The position numbers were made by a program, and so were the translations under genes. Under the pieces are notes generated by a model. It saw nothing but the letters and a program-made list of their open reading frames with translations, was not told the DNA's origin and did not search any database. Shown piece by piece: positions 36,129 through 48,750 of a DNA stretch of 64,000 nt; the stretch's first letter is position 1, and each line of letters starts with the position of its first letter. Origin of the DNA: Mobula hypostoma (Eukaryota); assembly GCF_963921235.1 (NCBI RefSeq), contig NC_086102.1, positions 156,922,001 to 156,986,000 of the forward strand, read 5' to 3'.

Positions 36129-36821
36129 GTAAGAAGAAAGAAGATATTGCACTTGGGTCTCTGGCTGCAATTAATAAACCTTTTTGGTTAGATTTTCAGT
36201 GTTTTTTTTCTCTAATATCTTTTTAGCCAAGTGCCAATTTTTGATTGGATGCATTTCTGTGAAACACTTTAAGCTGTCCCCCCCCCCCCCAGTCCTAATA
36301 GACTATTTAATATATTTATTGTGGACTTAAGTTTCTTCATTCCAAGGGACACATACTTGAGTACAGCAGGGACCCACAGTCATTAAGTTTATTATACTTC
36401 ATGCTGTTGTCTGTTTCATAAACATCTTGGATTGCAAAGATATTCTGTTTTTGTCCCTACTGCCGCATGTTTTGCTATGCCCTATTCTCCTGTCTTTCAC
36501 ACACCCCCCTCCCCCCATTCTCACCTCAGACAAAAGATGTGAGGATTTCACAGATTTCTTTTACACTAGTATGGAGATCATGAGTCAATGCCTCTGATAC
36601 TTCAAAGACATTCCTTGCCCTAGATACAGCTCCCACATCTTTGTCTCTTCCCTCCTGCCTTATTTAATCTCATCTTCTCCCTGAAACCTCTGTTCTGCTC
36701 CGCAGATCAGCTTCCCACTAAACAACTGATGATATACTATCCATTCCTGGCTCCAGTATTAACTGACTGAACAACTCTTTCTCGTGGATTAGTTTTGTTC
36801 AGCCAGTTGCCACAAAAACTG

Positions 36822-37984
36822 TGAAACCCCCTGGATTCCTTGGCTGCATAAGTCTAGGAAAGGCACTCTCTAGTCCTGCTAAACTCGCAAGATTGAGACA
36901 GCTCTCCCACCCCAAATCCCGGTTTGTGTGGATGCTGTGTAATTTGCCACACTGTTGCAAATTAGTGCCATGAAATAACAGACGGGACACTATGTATGAT
37001 TAAGGAAACAACAGGAATTCTGCAGATGCTGGAAATTCAAGCCACACTCAGGTTGGAGGAACAACACCTTATATTCCACCTGGGTAGCCTCCAACCTGAT
37101 GGCATGAACATCGACTTCTCTAACTTCCGCTAATGCCCCACCTCCCCCTCGTACCCCATCCGTTATTTATTTTTATACACACATTCTTTCTCTCACCCTC
37201 CTTTTTCTCCCTTTTTCCCTCTGACTATACCCCTTGCCCATCCTCTGGGTTTACCCCCCCCTTGTCTTTCTCCCCAGACCTCCTGTCCCATGATCCTCTC
37301 ATATTCCCTTTGCCAACCACCTGTCCAGCTCTTGGCTCCATTCCTCCCCCTCCTGTCTTCTCCTATCATTTCGGATCTCCCCCTCCCCCTCCCACTTTCA
37401 AATCTCTTACTAACTCTTCCTTCAGTTAGTCCTGACGAAGGGTCTCGACTGTACCTCTTCCTAGAGATGCTGCCTGGCCTGCTGCATTCACCAGCAACTT
37501 TGATGATATGATTAAGGAATTATATTTATGAATATTAACAATTAAAGGGTTAGTAAAGAAAAACAAAAAGAAAAGGGCCCATTTTAATTAAAAAGTGAAA
37601 TGTGCACGAGTTGGAGCTCATCTTGAACTTCTCGGTCACTCACACGGTGGGGCCTCGGTCTGCGTGAAAGCGCACAGCTACTTCTGAATGTTGCTCGTAA
37701 TCCATCTCGAACAAACAGGTCTCCCACTGGGTCATATCCTACGAATGGTTCTCCCTAACATCCTCTCTCTCTCTACCTCCCGCCGAGCCAAAATAAATCC
37801 CAAACCAACCTTAGTGTCCCTCACCAAGAAAAAACCTCCCCCTAACTGGACGGCACACGTCCCATGTCATCCCTTTTCTTCAACGATAACCCAAACTGGC
37901 TGAAAGCAGAACAAACTGCTCTTACAGAGCTGTTAAATGAAATACCTACAGCATAACAGTAAAGAGGTAAACCAAGACATTACA
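36822..37984 (-). mobile_element. Probable solo LTR interrupted by a PLE
   Basis: TG..CATTACA termini, 4-bp flanking ACTG (36818, 37985). Confidence 0.6.
37008..37506 (+). mobile_element. Penelope-like 3' fragment with a short inverted tail at its 5' end
   Basis: LRLEEQHLIFHLGSLQPDGMNIDFSNF; TSD TATGATTAAGGAA (36995, 37507); hammerhead with GAAAC arm deleted (~37429-37450). Confidence 0.92.
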
Positions 37985-39031
37985 ACTGTAAAATATGTCT
38001 TTGGATTAATGAAAAATGGATTTTTAGGTTAATTTGTAGCTGGAAAATTATTTCAAGCAACATGACTCAAATTAATCTTTAAGAATTGGTTGTTTCAAAG
38101 CATTATGTTGGTACAATGTAGTTATTCATTTTGATGAGGAAGACATTTCCTCCTTTGATAGAATTTAAGAATCTCTGCTACTTAAATACCAGGCAACAGG
38201 ATATAGTTTAGCATTACCTCAATTAAAGGATTCCTGTAGTGTAGATTTACTTTAACTTTAGCAAATTGGTTTTCATTGACTTGGAATAACCAACAATAAC
38301 TTGTAAGTGAATGTCATCACGTCCCATATTAACACGGTAATTTTATGTCTCAGCATGTTGTTTCTTTTGCACAATAGTCAATCATACTTTGGAAAATCGT
38401 TCATTATGAAAGGTGTGAAAGTAATATTCAACAATATTCTAGGATTAAAAATATTAAGTAGAATAATTAGTCTATAGGTTATTTTGATGAAAGGAGGATT
38501 ACAGAAATCTAAATTTTATTAGTGGATTTTGTAATTTTAAATCTCAATCTTGTCCTCTGAGAAAACTTTAAGTGAAAAGACTTAAATTTCCATCAAAAAC
38601 AGAACAATTAACCTTCCTTCCCTCAGTCCACCATCATTTCCTCTTTGTAGCATATGTTTCCAACAAAGGTCTGTCACATTGATGTTAAAATTTTGAATAG
38701 TTTCCTTCTTCAATAGCTTTCTTCAAATAAGCAGGGAATGTTCCATCTGCCTCAGTAATAGAACCTGCTGTTTCACTCAACACTGCGGTGTTATTCAATC
38801 TATAATACCTCTTCAAGTATTTTAACCTGCCATAACAAGCTCTAAAAACTACTGAAGATTACAATAAAATATTAAACACTTGTTTTGTACAACACAAAGG
38901 TAATGTAGAGAGACGAATACTGAACACTGAAGAAACTGGGGATACTGTACAGTGATGCAGCATCTACTCGAGCCTTTATGTCTAGAGCTGTGCTCTTTGG
39001 TTTGCTGTGGGTCACTGGCAAACAATATAAA

Positions 39032-39745
39032 ACCATAAGACCATAAGACCTTTTGCCCCATCGTCTGTTCCGCCATTCAATCATGGCTGATCCTTTTTTC
39101 CCCTCCTCAGCCCCACGCCTCAGCTTTCTCTCCATAACCTTTGATGCTATGTCCAATGAAGAACCTATCAAACTCTGCCTTAAATACCCCCAACGATGGC
39201 CACCACAGCTGCCTGTGATAATAAATTCCACAAATTCACCAGCCTCTGGCTAAAGAAATGGATACCCCTCTATCCTGAGGCTGCCCCTCTTGTCCTAGAC
39301 TCTCCTACCATGGGAAACATCCTTTCCACATTTACTCTGTCTAGGCCTTTCAACATTCAAAAGGTTTCAATGAGATCCCCCATCATCCTTCTAAATTCCA
39401 GTGAGTACTGACCCAGAGCTATCAAACGTTCCTCATATGATAACCTTTTCATTCCTGGAATCAACCTTGTGAACCTCCTCTGGACTCTCTCCAATGCCAG
39501 TAAATCTTTTCTTAGATGAGGAGCCCAAAACTGTTCACGATAATCAATGAGAGGCCTCACCAGTGGCTTATAAAGCCTCAGCATCACATCTCTGCTCTTG
39601 TATTCTAGTCCTCTTGAAATGAATGCTAACATTGCGCTTGCCTTCCTCACCACCAACTCTGCCTGCAAGTTAACCTTCAGGGTATTCTGCACAAGGACTC
39701 CCAAGTCCTTTTGCATCTCAGATTTTTGGATTTTTCTCACCGTTA
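39032..39745 (-). mobile_element. CR1 3' fragment
   Basis: KDLGVLV..MLAFISRGLEYKS..VQRRFTRLIPG; TCTTATGG tail. Confidence 0.93.
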
Positions 39746-41689
39746 AGAAGATAAAGTGAACATGAGAGTGAACATCATAACATTAAAAGGAGCCTCGATG
39801 ACATCATAATGAAACAGTTGACCAAATCAATATTAAATGAAGAATTACTGTGTATATCGAACAGTGGCAATATTTCAAACTACTTTAAAGTAAAATCTTC
39901 ACTTGTTTCAATAGCTGGATAAACTGTCTGTGTTTGTCTAGGTAAGCCCTGAGCCTTCCGTGGCAAAGTTGGCCCCTCCTGCAAAGTGATTCCAAGGAAG
40001 ATGAGATGCAGGTCTTAGATGAAAAAAACAGGACCATACACATGTTTCATCTATAGGAGATCAGCAAACTGGAGAGAGTTTCAAAATCACTCTGCAGTGA
40101 TGTTTTTTTCTGAATGTGTGTGGTACTTCATCGATTACCACTGTGGTATATATGTTGCTGCATTATCCCTGGTCTCTGTCAGCCTAAGATGTGGAATTCA
40201 GATTTGAAAAAACCACGTCCATTTATAATTCTGTAAACAGATTGTGTTCTTTCATGTGCCATTCCTCCCTATAATGGCAACTACAGATTAGTTTCATGGT
40301 AGAATGCAGCATTTGCAAGTAATGTGCTTTTTCACTTGCTAAAGATACACAACACAAAGTAAGAGTTGCCTCTATAATGCTATATATTTCAATACTGTTA
40401 CAGCATCATCATAAATAACTATTCTCCTGTTTAGTGGCTTTGTAAACCAGACAAAAGCTGCCATCTTTTCACCCTGATCCTTATTTCAGCTGAGCAAACA
40501 CTTTGCATTCAAATCTTTATGAAATGGTCTAAGATAATGACTGCCTGTTGTAAATGTTTGGTTACATATTGGAAATCTATAGCCAATCGCACCTTGTGAA
40601 TTTAACTGGAGAGATAAAGCACTGCACTTAATCACTTATATTATATTAAAGTACAGTGTATGTACTTTGTAGACATGATGTACTGAAAAGAGGTCAATTT
40701 ATTTAAATCAATAATAAAACAACATCAGAAAATCTAAATGTTAATTAATACATTTAGTTCATACAACCCTATGAAGAACAAGAACATTAAGTGGTGGAGT
40801 AGCAACAGCTTCATGACTGGCATAACAGATAACCATCGTCTGATAAATGAATGTCTATCTTTTTCACCATTACACATGGCTGTGGCACTAACTCTAAGTA
40901 GGGATAGCCCAGGAGTCATATAATGATCTTTATAAAGATAAATTCACACAGTTCCTATCAATGCGACCTTGTGAAAAGCACTTTTATCGCTTGTCAGTTA
41001 TAAGATCTGCATGTACAACAAACGCCTTGCTTCCATCATTTAGCAATATCCAAAAAGTGTGCGTATGCTTACTTTTTTTGTGATTTAGTTGTTACTATTA
41101 GCATCTTGACATCGTATTTTCATTCTTCAGATCTGTGTATAAGCAAGACTAGCTTCTGTTGCCCTTCTATAGTTGTTATTAAAAAGCTGATGGAAAGCTT
41201 TTGAGTAATACCTCATGTCTTGAAAGTACTCATGCAATGTTGTCAAGCAAGAGTTTGAGGATTTTCACTGGAGCAGTGAAAAGGCATTAAATGTCCTTGT
41301 TCGAGTGGTAGATGACTTAGAGGAACATTGGATGCATACTGCCCCCAGGGTAAGAATGCCCACCTTACAAACACCCATCTAAACAAACAAGCTCCTATAA
41401 TATTATTAAGGTCTAAAGTCTGACATTTGTAAATACATTCTTTCCTATGAAACCCTCTCACCGTAGGCTCATAATGAACTAGCTATTATTGTGAATGCAA
41501 ACTAACAGCAACATAACCCTACAGTGCACAGGAAATAACAAAGAAAAGGCCAATTTCAGTAATTACACAGGCCTAGAATGGATATGATTTGGGTAAACAC
41601 AAGCCATAAAAGTTTGAATGTGTCATCTAAGGGAAAAATAAGATTATTATTTGTATGAACACTGATACACATGTACAAATTTACCATTT

Positions 41690-42400
41690 GCCAGGAAGCA
41701 ATAATTTAGCTCACACCAGTATAAACTTAGATTAAAAGTGTATTGACAAAATATTTTAAATTGTAACAAGCAAAATAAAGAAAAGGGCCCATCATGTATG
41801 TATTAGTCTATATCGTGCATTTAATCATTGGAGCTCGTAGTTGCATAATCTATCCTGTTTGCTTCACTTAATTTACTCACGGTACTGGAACAGTTCGGTG
41901 CTAAAGAACAGTCCAGGTGAATCATAAATATCCACACAACATCCAATGAAAAAGGCATCGAGCTTCCTCCAATGTTGTGTGTTAGCTAACTAAATGGAAG
42001 TTACTTGCACACTCTCCACAAAACCACAGTCTGCATGAGAACTTTTGACATCAGTATCTGTCCTTCCAGATGGGTTCTGTGGGTGTTTCACCATGTTCTT
42101 TAACTATATTTCATATCACTCTCCATTTCCCATCTTTCTCCAAACCACTTTGATCCCGCACTCTCGATAGTAAATGGCTCCCTGTTCTTTTTCCCGCTCT
42201 CCCCCTAGAATGTTCACAAGACAAATCCTATTGATTAATTCAACAAGTCTACCTTACCATTCAACTGAATTTTTTTGAACAGCAAAAATTAAATACTCGA
42301 TTGTATAACGTAATTAAAAGAACACTTATAGCATTTTGAGAAAATCTGCAGAAAATAAAATACCCAACAACATAACCATATTAATAAAATAAAGCGTGGT
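41690..42400 (-). mobile_element. Possible old LTR related to 36822-37984
   Basis: Shares AAAGAAAAGGGCCCAT and GTGCA..TTGGAGCTC with 37567-37620; boundaries uncertain. Confidence 0.4.
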
Positions 42401-43124
42401 CTTAAAGCCTGCAAGGACACATCTATGAGGTACAGAACTAGTTTCCTCTTATTCTTTACTTTTGGTAATTTTTCTTTCTTATCAGCTTAATGTGGTTTTG
42501 ATGCTCATCATTACAATAATATGGAGGTATGCTTATTGTATTGAATGATGCTTGTTTATTTTTCGACTTATGAACAAAATCAACTTATGGACATCTGTAA
42601 AATCAGAATTTGCTTATTATTCTGCAGAAAGGTGTACCTATACAACTGGAACCCTTCGGTTTCTTGATGATAAAAGTCACTGGCTTGGAACTTGTGGCTG
42701 AGGTGGTGTTATGTTATGAATATGCAATGAATATTGTTAGCAGTACATCATGTAATATAATTCTCATTCTGAAAAATGAGTCTATTATCAAACTGTAAAA
42801 TACTACTATTGCAAATTATCTAAGAGTGTTGAAGCTTTGATTGTGCTGGAAAATATCATTCATTGATATAGATATAAGGTAGGAAACATACATCAGTATA
42901 AAATACCCAGTACAATGCATAAACAATAAAGCATATAAACAATAAATGTGAAAAATAAATGCATATGGAAGTTCTGTAACACTATAATACTTTATAATGG
43001 GCAACCAGGGCTGTTCCTCTTTCTTATTTATTCCTTCAGGAATAAAAACAATAAAAACCAAAAGAGCCATCCTTTTGATTGTATTTGTATCATTCATTAT
43101 TAAAATTTCAGAAAGCTCAGGTGA

Positions 43125-45068
43125 AGAGATAAAGGATTATACCTCTTGGCTGGGCAACACTGTTTTCCACCATTGAAAAGCTAATACCCCACAGGCTGTC
43201 CCTGCAAGCTTGAAGGCAGCCACCCCCTAAAAGAGTGATGGTAACTGGTCTAAATAATTACCACCCAGTGGCACTGACCTCAACAATCATAAAGTACTTT
43301 GACCAGCTAGTAACGGATCATATAAAATCCTACCTTCCAACTACAGTGGACCCTTTCCAGTTTATTTACCGCTGAAACTGGTCCACTGATAATGCCATAA
43401 CCTTGGCTCTCCCCTCCATCCTTTCCCACCTAGAAAATTATGCCTTATATGCTAAGATTTGTTCATCAGCTTCAGCTCAGTGTTTAACACGATCATCACT
43501 CAGGGGCTGGTGGGTACACTGTCCTTGTGGGACTCTCCGTAACTGGATCTTGGACTTCTTGACGGAAAGAATCCTTGGTAGCAACATCTTAAGATCTATC
43601 ATACTGAGCACTGGTGCCCCCCAGGCCGTGTGCTCGGCTTGTGACTGTTCATGGTGCGGACTCACGACTGTACTGCCAAATGCAGCTCAAACCACATCAT
43701 CAAGTTTGCAGATGATGCAACAGTGGTTGGCCTCATCAGCAACAATAATGAGTCGGCATTCAGAGAGGAGGTAGAAAGGCTTGTCAAATGGTGTGAGAAC
43801 AACATCCTGAGTCTTAACATGGACAAGACAAAAGAGATGATTGTGGACTTCAGTAAGGGATAGGTCACCCGCCCTCCATTGCACATCAATGGCTCTGCCA
43901 TGGCGAGAATGAAGACCACAAAGTTGTTTATTAGATTATGAGGACACGCGGTCCTCTTATATTGTCATTTAGTAATGCATGTATTAAGAAATGATACAAT
44001 GTTCCTCCAGAATGATATCACAGAAACACAAGACAAACCAAGACTGAAAAACTGACAGAAACCACTTACACCAGTGAAAGCAATACTGCAATTTGATGAA
44101 GAACAGACCATGGGCATGGTAAAAAAAAGTCTCAAAGTCTCTCGATAGCCCCATCATCTCACGCAGACGGTAGAAGGAAGAAAACTCTCCCTGCCATGAG
44201 CTTCCAATGCCGCAATCTTGCCGATGCAGCATCCTGGAAGCACCCGACCACAGTCCAACTCTGATTCCGTCCGAAAACTTCAAGCCCCCAGCCAGTCCTC
44301 CAATACCGAGCACCAAGCACCATCTCTGCCGAGCGTTTCAACCCCAGCCCCGGCCGCCAGCAACAGGCAAAGCCGAAGATTTGGGGCCTTCCCCTCCGGA
44401 GATTCTCGATCGCACAGTAACAGCTGCAGCGAAGCAGGCATTTCAGAAGTTCCTCCAAATGTTCCTCCGTGCTTCTCACGTCTGTCTCCATCAAATCAGA
44501 ATTGTGCATGGCCCCTATTTAACAAATACGATATCATTCACTGGAGAGGCCGCGTGCGCTGCGTCGCGCCGCCATCTTCTCCTCCCTCTGTGCACATAAC
44601 ATATGACATAACCTGGACTCACAACTCCTCATCATTAGTCAAGAAAGTATAGCAGTGTCGACACCTTCTGATGAGATTGAGGAGTGCAAGGCTGTCTGTC
44701 TCCATTCTAAAGATTTTCTATAGGAGCACCAAATAGAGTGCCTTCTCTAGCTTCATCATTCTGTGGTATGGGAGCTGCAAAGCACAGGACCTCAAGTCCT
44801 TCAGAAAATAGAAAAAACCATCAAGGGGACCACCTGGGTCTCCCTCACCTCTACTTGTGATATTTTCTGAGTATGTCGTATAGAAAGGGCCTGAGGCACT
44901 GCTGAGGATCCCTACCAGCCGTCCTGCAATCTCTTTGACCCAGTACTGTCAGCAAGGAGGTACAGGAGCATCAGGACTAGGACTGCTAGATTACTTAACA
45001 GCTGCTTTGCCCAGGTTGTGATATTAATGAATACCTTGCCATCTCTGAGATCTCATCACTAGGACAAC
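43125..45068 (+). mobile_element. Rex1-like LINE RT region, decayed and interrupted twice
   Basis: LNNYHPVALTS, DPFQF.YR, STGAPQ, IIKFADDATVVGLI, KTKEMIVDF. Confidence 0.9.
43931..44588 (-). mobile_element. ~660-bp non-autonomous non-LTR retroelement, copy 2
   Basis: Homologous to 12441-13059; 5' end GGAGAAGATGGCGGCG; inserted in the Rex1-like LINE. Confidence 0.85.
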
Positions 45069-45073
45069 AAGCT

Positions 45074-48000
45074 GGCATGGTAGTTTGCCTCCCAGGTGCT
45101 AGGGTCCAAGATGTTTCAGATTGCATCCAAGATATCCTGTGGTGGGAGGGAGAACAGCCAGAGGTCGTGGTACATACTGGTACCAATGACATAGGTAGGA
45201 AAGGGGAAGAGGTCCTGAAAAAAAAGACTACAGGGAGTTAGGAAGGAAGCTGAGAAGCAGGACCGCAAACGTAGTAATCTCGAGTTTACTGCCTGTGCCA
45301 TATGACAGTGAGAGTAGGAGCAGAATGAGGTGGAGGATAAATGCATGGTTGAGGGATTGGAGCAGGGGGCAGGGATTCAGATTTCTGGATCATTGGGACC
45401 TCTTTTGGGGCAGATATGACCTGTACAAAAAGGACAGGTTGCACTTGAATCCCAGGGGGACCAATATCCTGGAGGGGAGGTTTGCTAAGGCTACTGGAGA
45501 GAGTTTAAACTAGAATTGTTGGGGGGTGGGAACCGAACTGAAGAGACTGGGGAAGAAGTGGTTGGCTCACAAATAGTGAAAGCTTGGAGACAGTGTGTGA
45601 GGGAGGATAGGCAGGTGATAGAGAAAGGACGCGCTCAGACTGATGGTTTGAGATGTGTCTATTTTAACGCAAGGAGAATTGCAAACAAAGTGGATGAGCT
45701 TAAAGCGTGGATCAGCACTTGGAGATATGATGTGGTGGCCATTACAGAGACTAGGATGGCTCAGAGACAGGAATAGTTACTTCAAGGGCCGGGTTTTAGA
45801 CATTTCAGAAAGGGCAGGGAGGGAGGCAAAAGAGGTGGGTGTGTGGCACTATTGTTCAGAGATAGTGTCGCGGCTGTAGAAAAGGTGGACGCCAATGGAG
45901 GGATTGTCTACGGAGACTCTGTGGGTGGAGATTAGGAACAGGAAGGGGTCAGTAAACACTCACTTTACTGGGTGTTTTTTATAGGCCGCCTAATAGTAAC
46001 AGGGATATCGAGGAGCAGATAGGGAAACAGATCCTGGAAAGGTGTAATAATAACAGAGTTATCGTGATGGGAGATTTTAATATCCCAAATATTGATTGGC
46101 ATCTCCCTTGAGCAAGGGGTTTAGATGGGGTGGAGTTTGTTAGGTGTGTTCAGGAAGGCTTCTTGACACAATATGTAGATAACCCGCCAAGAGGAGAGAC
46201 TGTACTTGATTTGGTATTGGAAAATTTGGTCAGGTGTCAGATCTCTCGGTAGGAGAGCATTTTGGAGATAGTGATCATAATTCTATCTCCTTTACAATAG
46301 CATTGGTGAGAGATAGGAACAGATAAGTTAGAAAAGCGCTTAATTGTAGTCAGGGGAATTATGAGGCTATCAGGCAGGAAATTGGAAGTTTAAATTGGGA
46401 ACAGATGTTCTCAGGGAAAAGTATGGAAGAAATGTGGCAAATGTTCAGGGGATATTTGTGTGGAGTTCTGCATAGGTACATTCCAATGAGACAGAGAAGT
46501 TATGGTAGGGTACAGGAATCATGGTGTACAAAGGCTGTAATAAATCTAGTCAAGAAGAAAAGAAAAGCTTACAAAAGGTTCAGAGAGCTAGGTAATGTTA
46601 GAGATCTAGAAGATTATAAGGTTAACAGGAAGGAGCTTAAAAAGGAAATTAGGAGAGCCAGAAGGGGCCATGAGAAGGCCTTGGCGGGCAGGATTAAGGA
46701 AAACCCCAAGCATTCTACAAGTATGTGAAGAGCAAGAGGATAAGATATGAAAGAATAGGACCTATCAAGTGTGACACTGGGAAAGTGGGTATGGAACCTG
46801 AGGAAATAGCAGAGGCACTTAATGAATACTTTACTTCAATATTCACTATGGAAAAGGATCTTGGTGATTGTCGTGATGACTTGCAGCAGACTGAAAAGCT
46901 TGAGCTTTTAGGAAAGAGGATGTGCTGGAGCTTTTGGAAAGCGTCAAGTTGGATAAGTCGCTGGGACCAGATGAGATGTACCCCAGGCTACTGTGGGAGG
47001 TGAGGGAGGAGATTGCTGAGCCTCTGACAATGATCTTTGCATCATCAATGGGGACGGGAGAGGTTCTGGAGGATTGGAGGGTTGCAGATGTTATTCCCTT
47101 ATTCAAGAGAGGGAGTAGAGATAGCCCAGGAGATTACAGACCAGTGAGTCTTATTTCAGTGGTTGGTAAGTTGATGGAAAAGATCCTGAGAGGCAGGATT
47201 TAGAATATTTGGAGAGGTATAATATGATTAGGAATAGTCAGCATGGCTTTATCAAGGGCAGGTCGTGCCTTATAAGCCTGATTGAATTTTTTGAGGATGT
47301 GACTAAACACATTGATGAAGGTAGAGCCGTAGATGTAGTGTATATAGATTTCAGCAAGGCATTTGATAAGGTACCCCATGCAAGGCTTATTGAGAAAGTA
47401 AGGAGGCATGGGATCCAAGGGGACATTGCTTTGTGGATCCAGAACTGGCTTACCCACAGAAGGTAAAGAGTGGTTGTAGATGGATCATATGCTGCAAGGA
47501 GGTCGGTGACCAGTGGTGTGCCTCAGTGATCTGTTCTGGGACCCTTACTCTTCGTGATATTTATAAATGACCTGGATGAAGAAGTGTAGAGATGGGTTAG
47601 TAAATTTGCTGATGACCCAAAGGTAGAGGGTGTTGTGGATAGTATGAAGGGCTGTCAGAGGTTACAGTGGGACATTGATAGGATGCAAAACTGGGCTGAG
47701 AAGTGGCTGATGGAGTTCAACCCAGATAAGTGTGAAGTGGTTCATTTTGGTGGGTCAAATGGGTCAAATATGATGGCAGAATATAGTATTAATGGTAAGA
47801 CTCTTGGCTGTGTGGAGGATCAGAGGGATCTTGGGGTCGAGTCCATAGGACGCTCAAAGCAGCTGCGCAGGTTGACTCTGTAGATAAGAAGGCATACGGT
47901 GTATTCATTAATCGTGGAATTGAATTTAGGAGCCGAGAGATAACGTTGCAGCTATATAGGACCCTGGTCAGACCCCACTTGGAGTACTGTGCTCAGTTCT

Positions 48001-48520
48001 GGTTGCCTCACTACAGGTAGGATGTGGAAGCCATAGAAAGGGTGCAGAGGAGATTTACAAGGATGTTGCCTGGATTGGGGAGCATGCCTTATGAAAATTG
48101 GTTGAGTGAACTCGGCCTTTTCTCCTTGGAGCGACGGAGGATGAGAGGTGACCTAATAGATGTGTATAAGATGATGAGAGGCATTGACCGCGTGTATAGT
48201 CAGAGGCTTTTTCCCAGGGCTGAAATGGCTGCCACAAGAGGACACAGGTTTAAGGTGCTTGGGAGTAGGTACAGAGGAGATGTCAGGGGTAAGTTTTTTA
48301 CGCAGAGAGTGGTGAGCACGTGGAATGGGCTGCTGGCAACAGTGGTGGAGGCGGATATGATAGGGTCTTCTAAGAGACTTTTGGATAGGTACATGGAGCT
48401 TAGAAAAATAGAGGGCTATGGGTAGGCCTAGTAATTTCTAAGGTAGGGACACGTTCGGCACAACTTTGTGGGCCGAAGGGCCTGTATTGTGGTGTAGGTT
48501 TTCTATGTTTCAATGTTTCT
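45074..48520 (+). mobile_element. Long CR1 copy: ORF1 SGNH esterase C-terminus plus ORF2 APE endonuclease and RT, decayed
   Basis: VCLPGARVQDV, VVH.GTNDIG, FRFLDHWDLFW..DRLHLN; YFNAR, VVAITET, VMGDFN, FADD; possible TSD AAGCT (45069, 48521). Confidence 0.95.
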
Positions 48521-48750
48521 AAGCTCTTTACTGTTTACGGTACTGTTTACTGTTTACCCATGCTGCACCACTTCACATGCATTTTGAATTATATTTTATA
48601 ACTTATTTGTGCTAATATTTTGTTTTTAAATGCTATGAATGATATACAGTGTATATATTGTGGGTGCACTACGGTACGGTGGGACATTGTTTCATTTGAC
48701 TGTATATATGTACAGTCAGATTACAATAAATCTGAAATTGAACTTGAACT
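48521..48750 (+). mobile_element. Rex1-like 3' UTR, continuation of 43125-45068
   Basis: Ends ACAATAAA followed by TTGAAC repeats. Confidence 0.7.
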
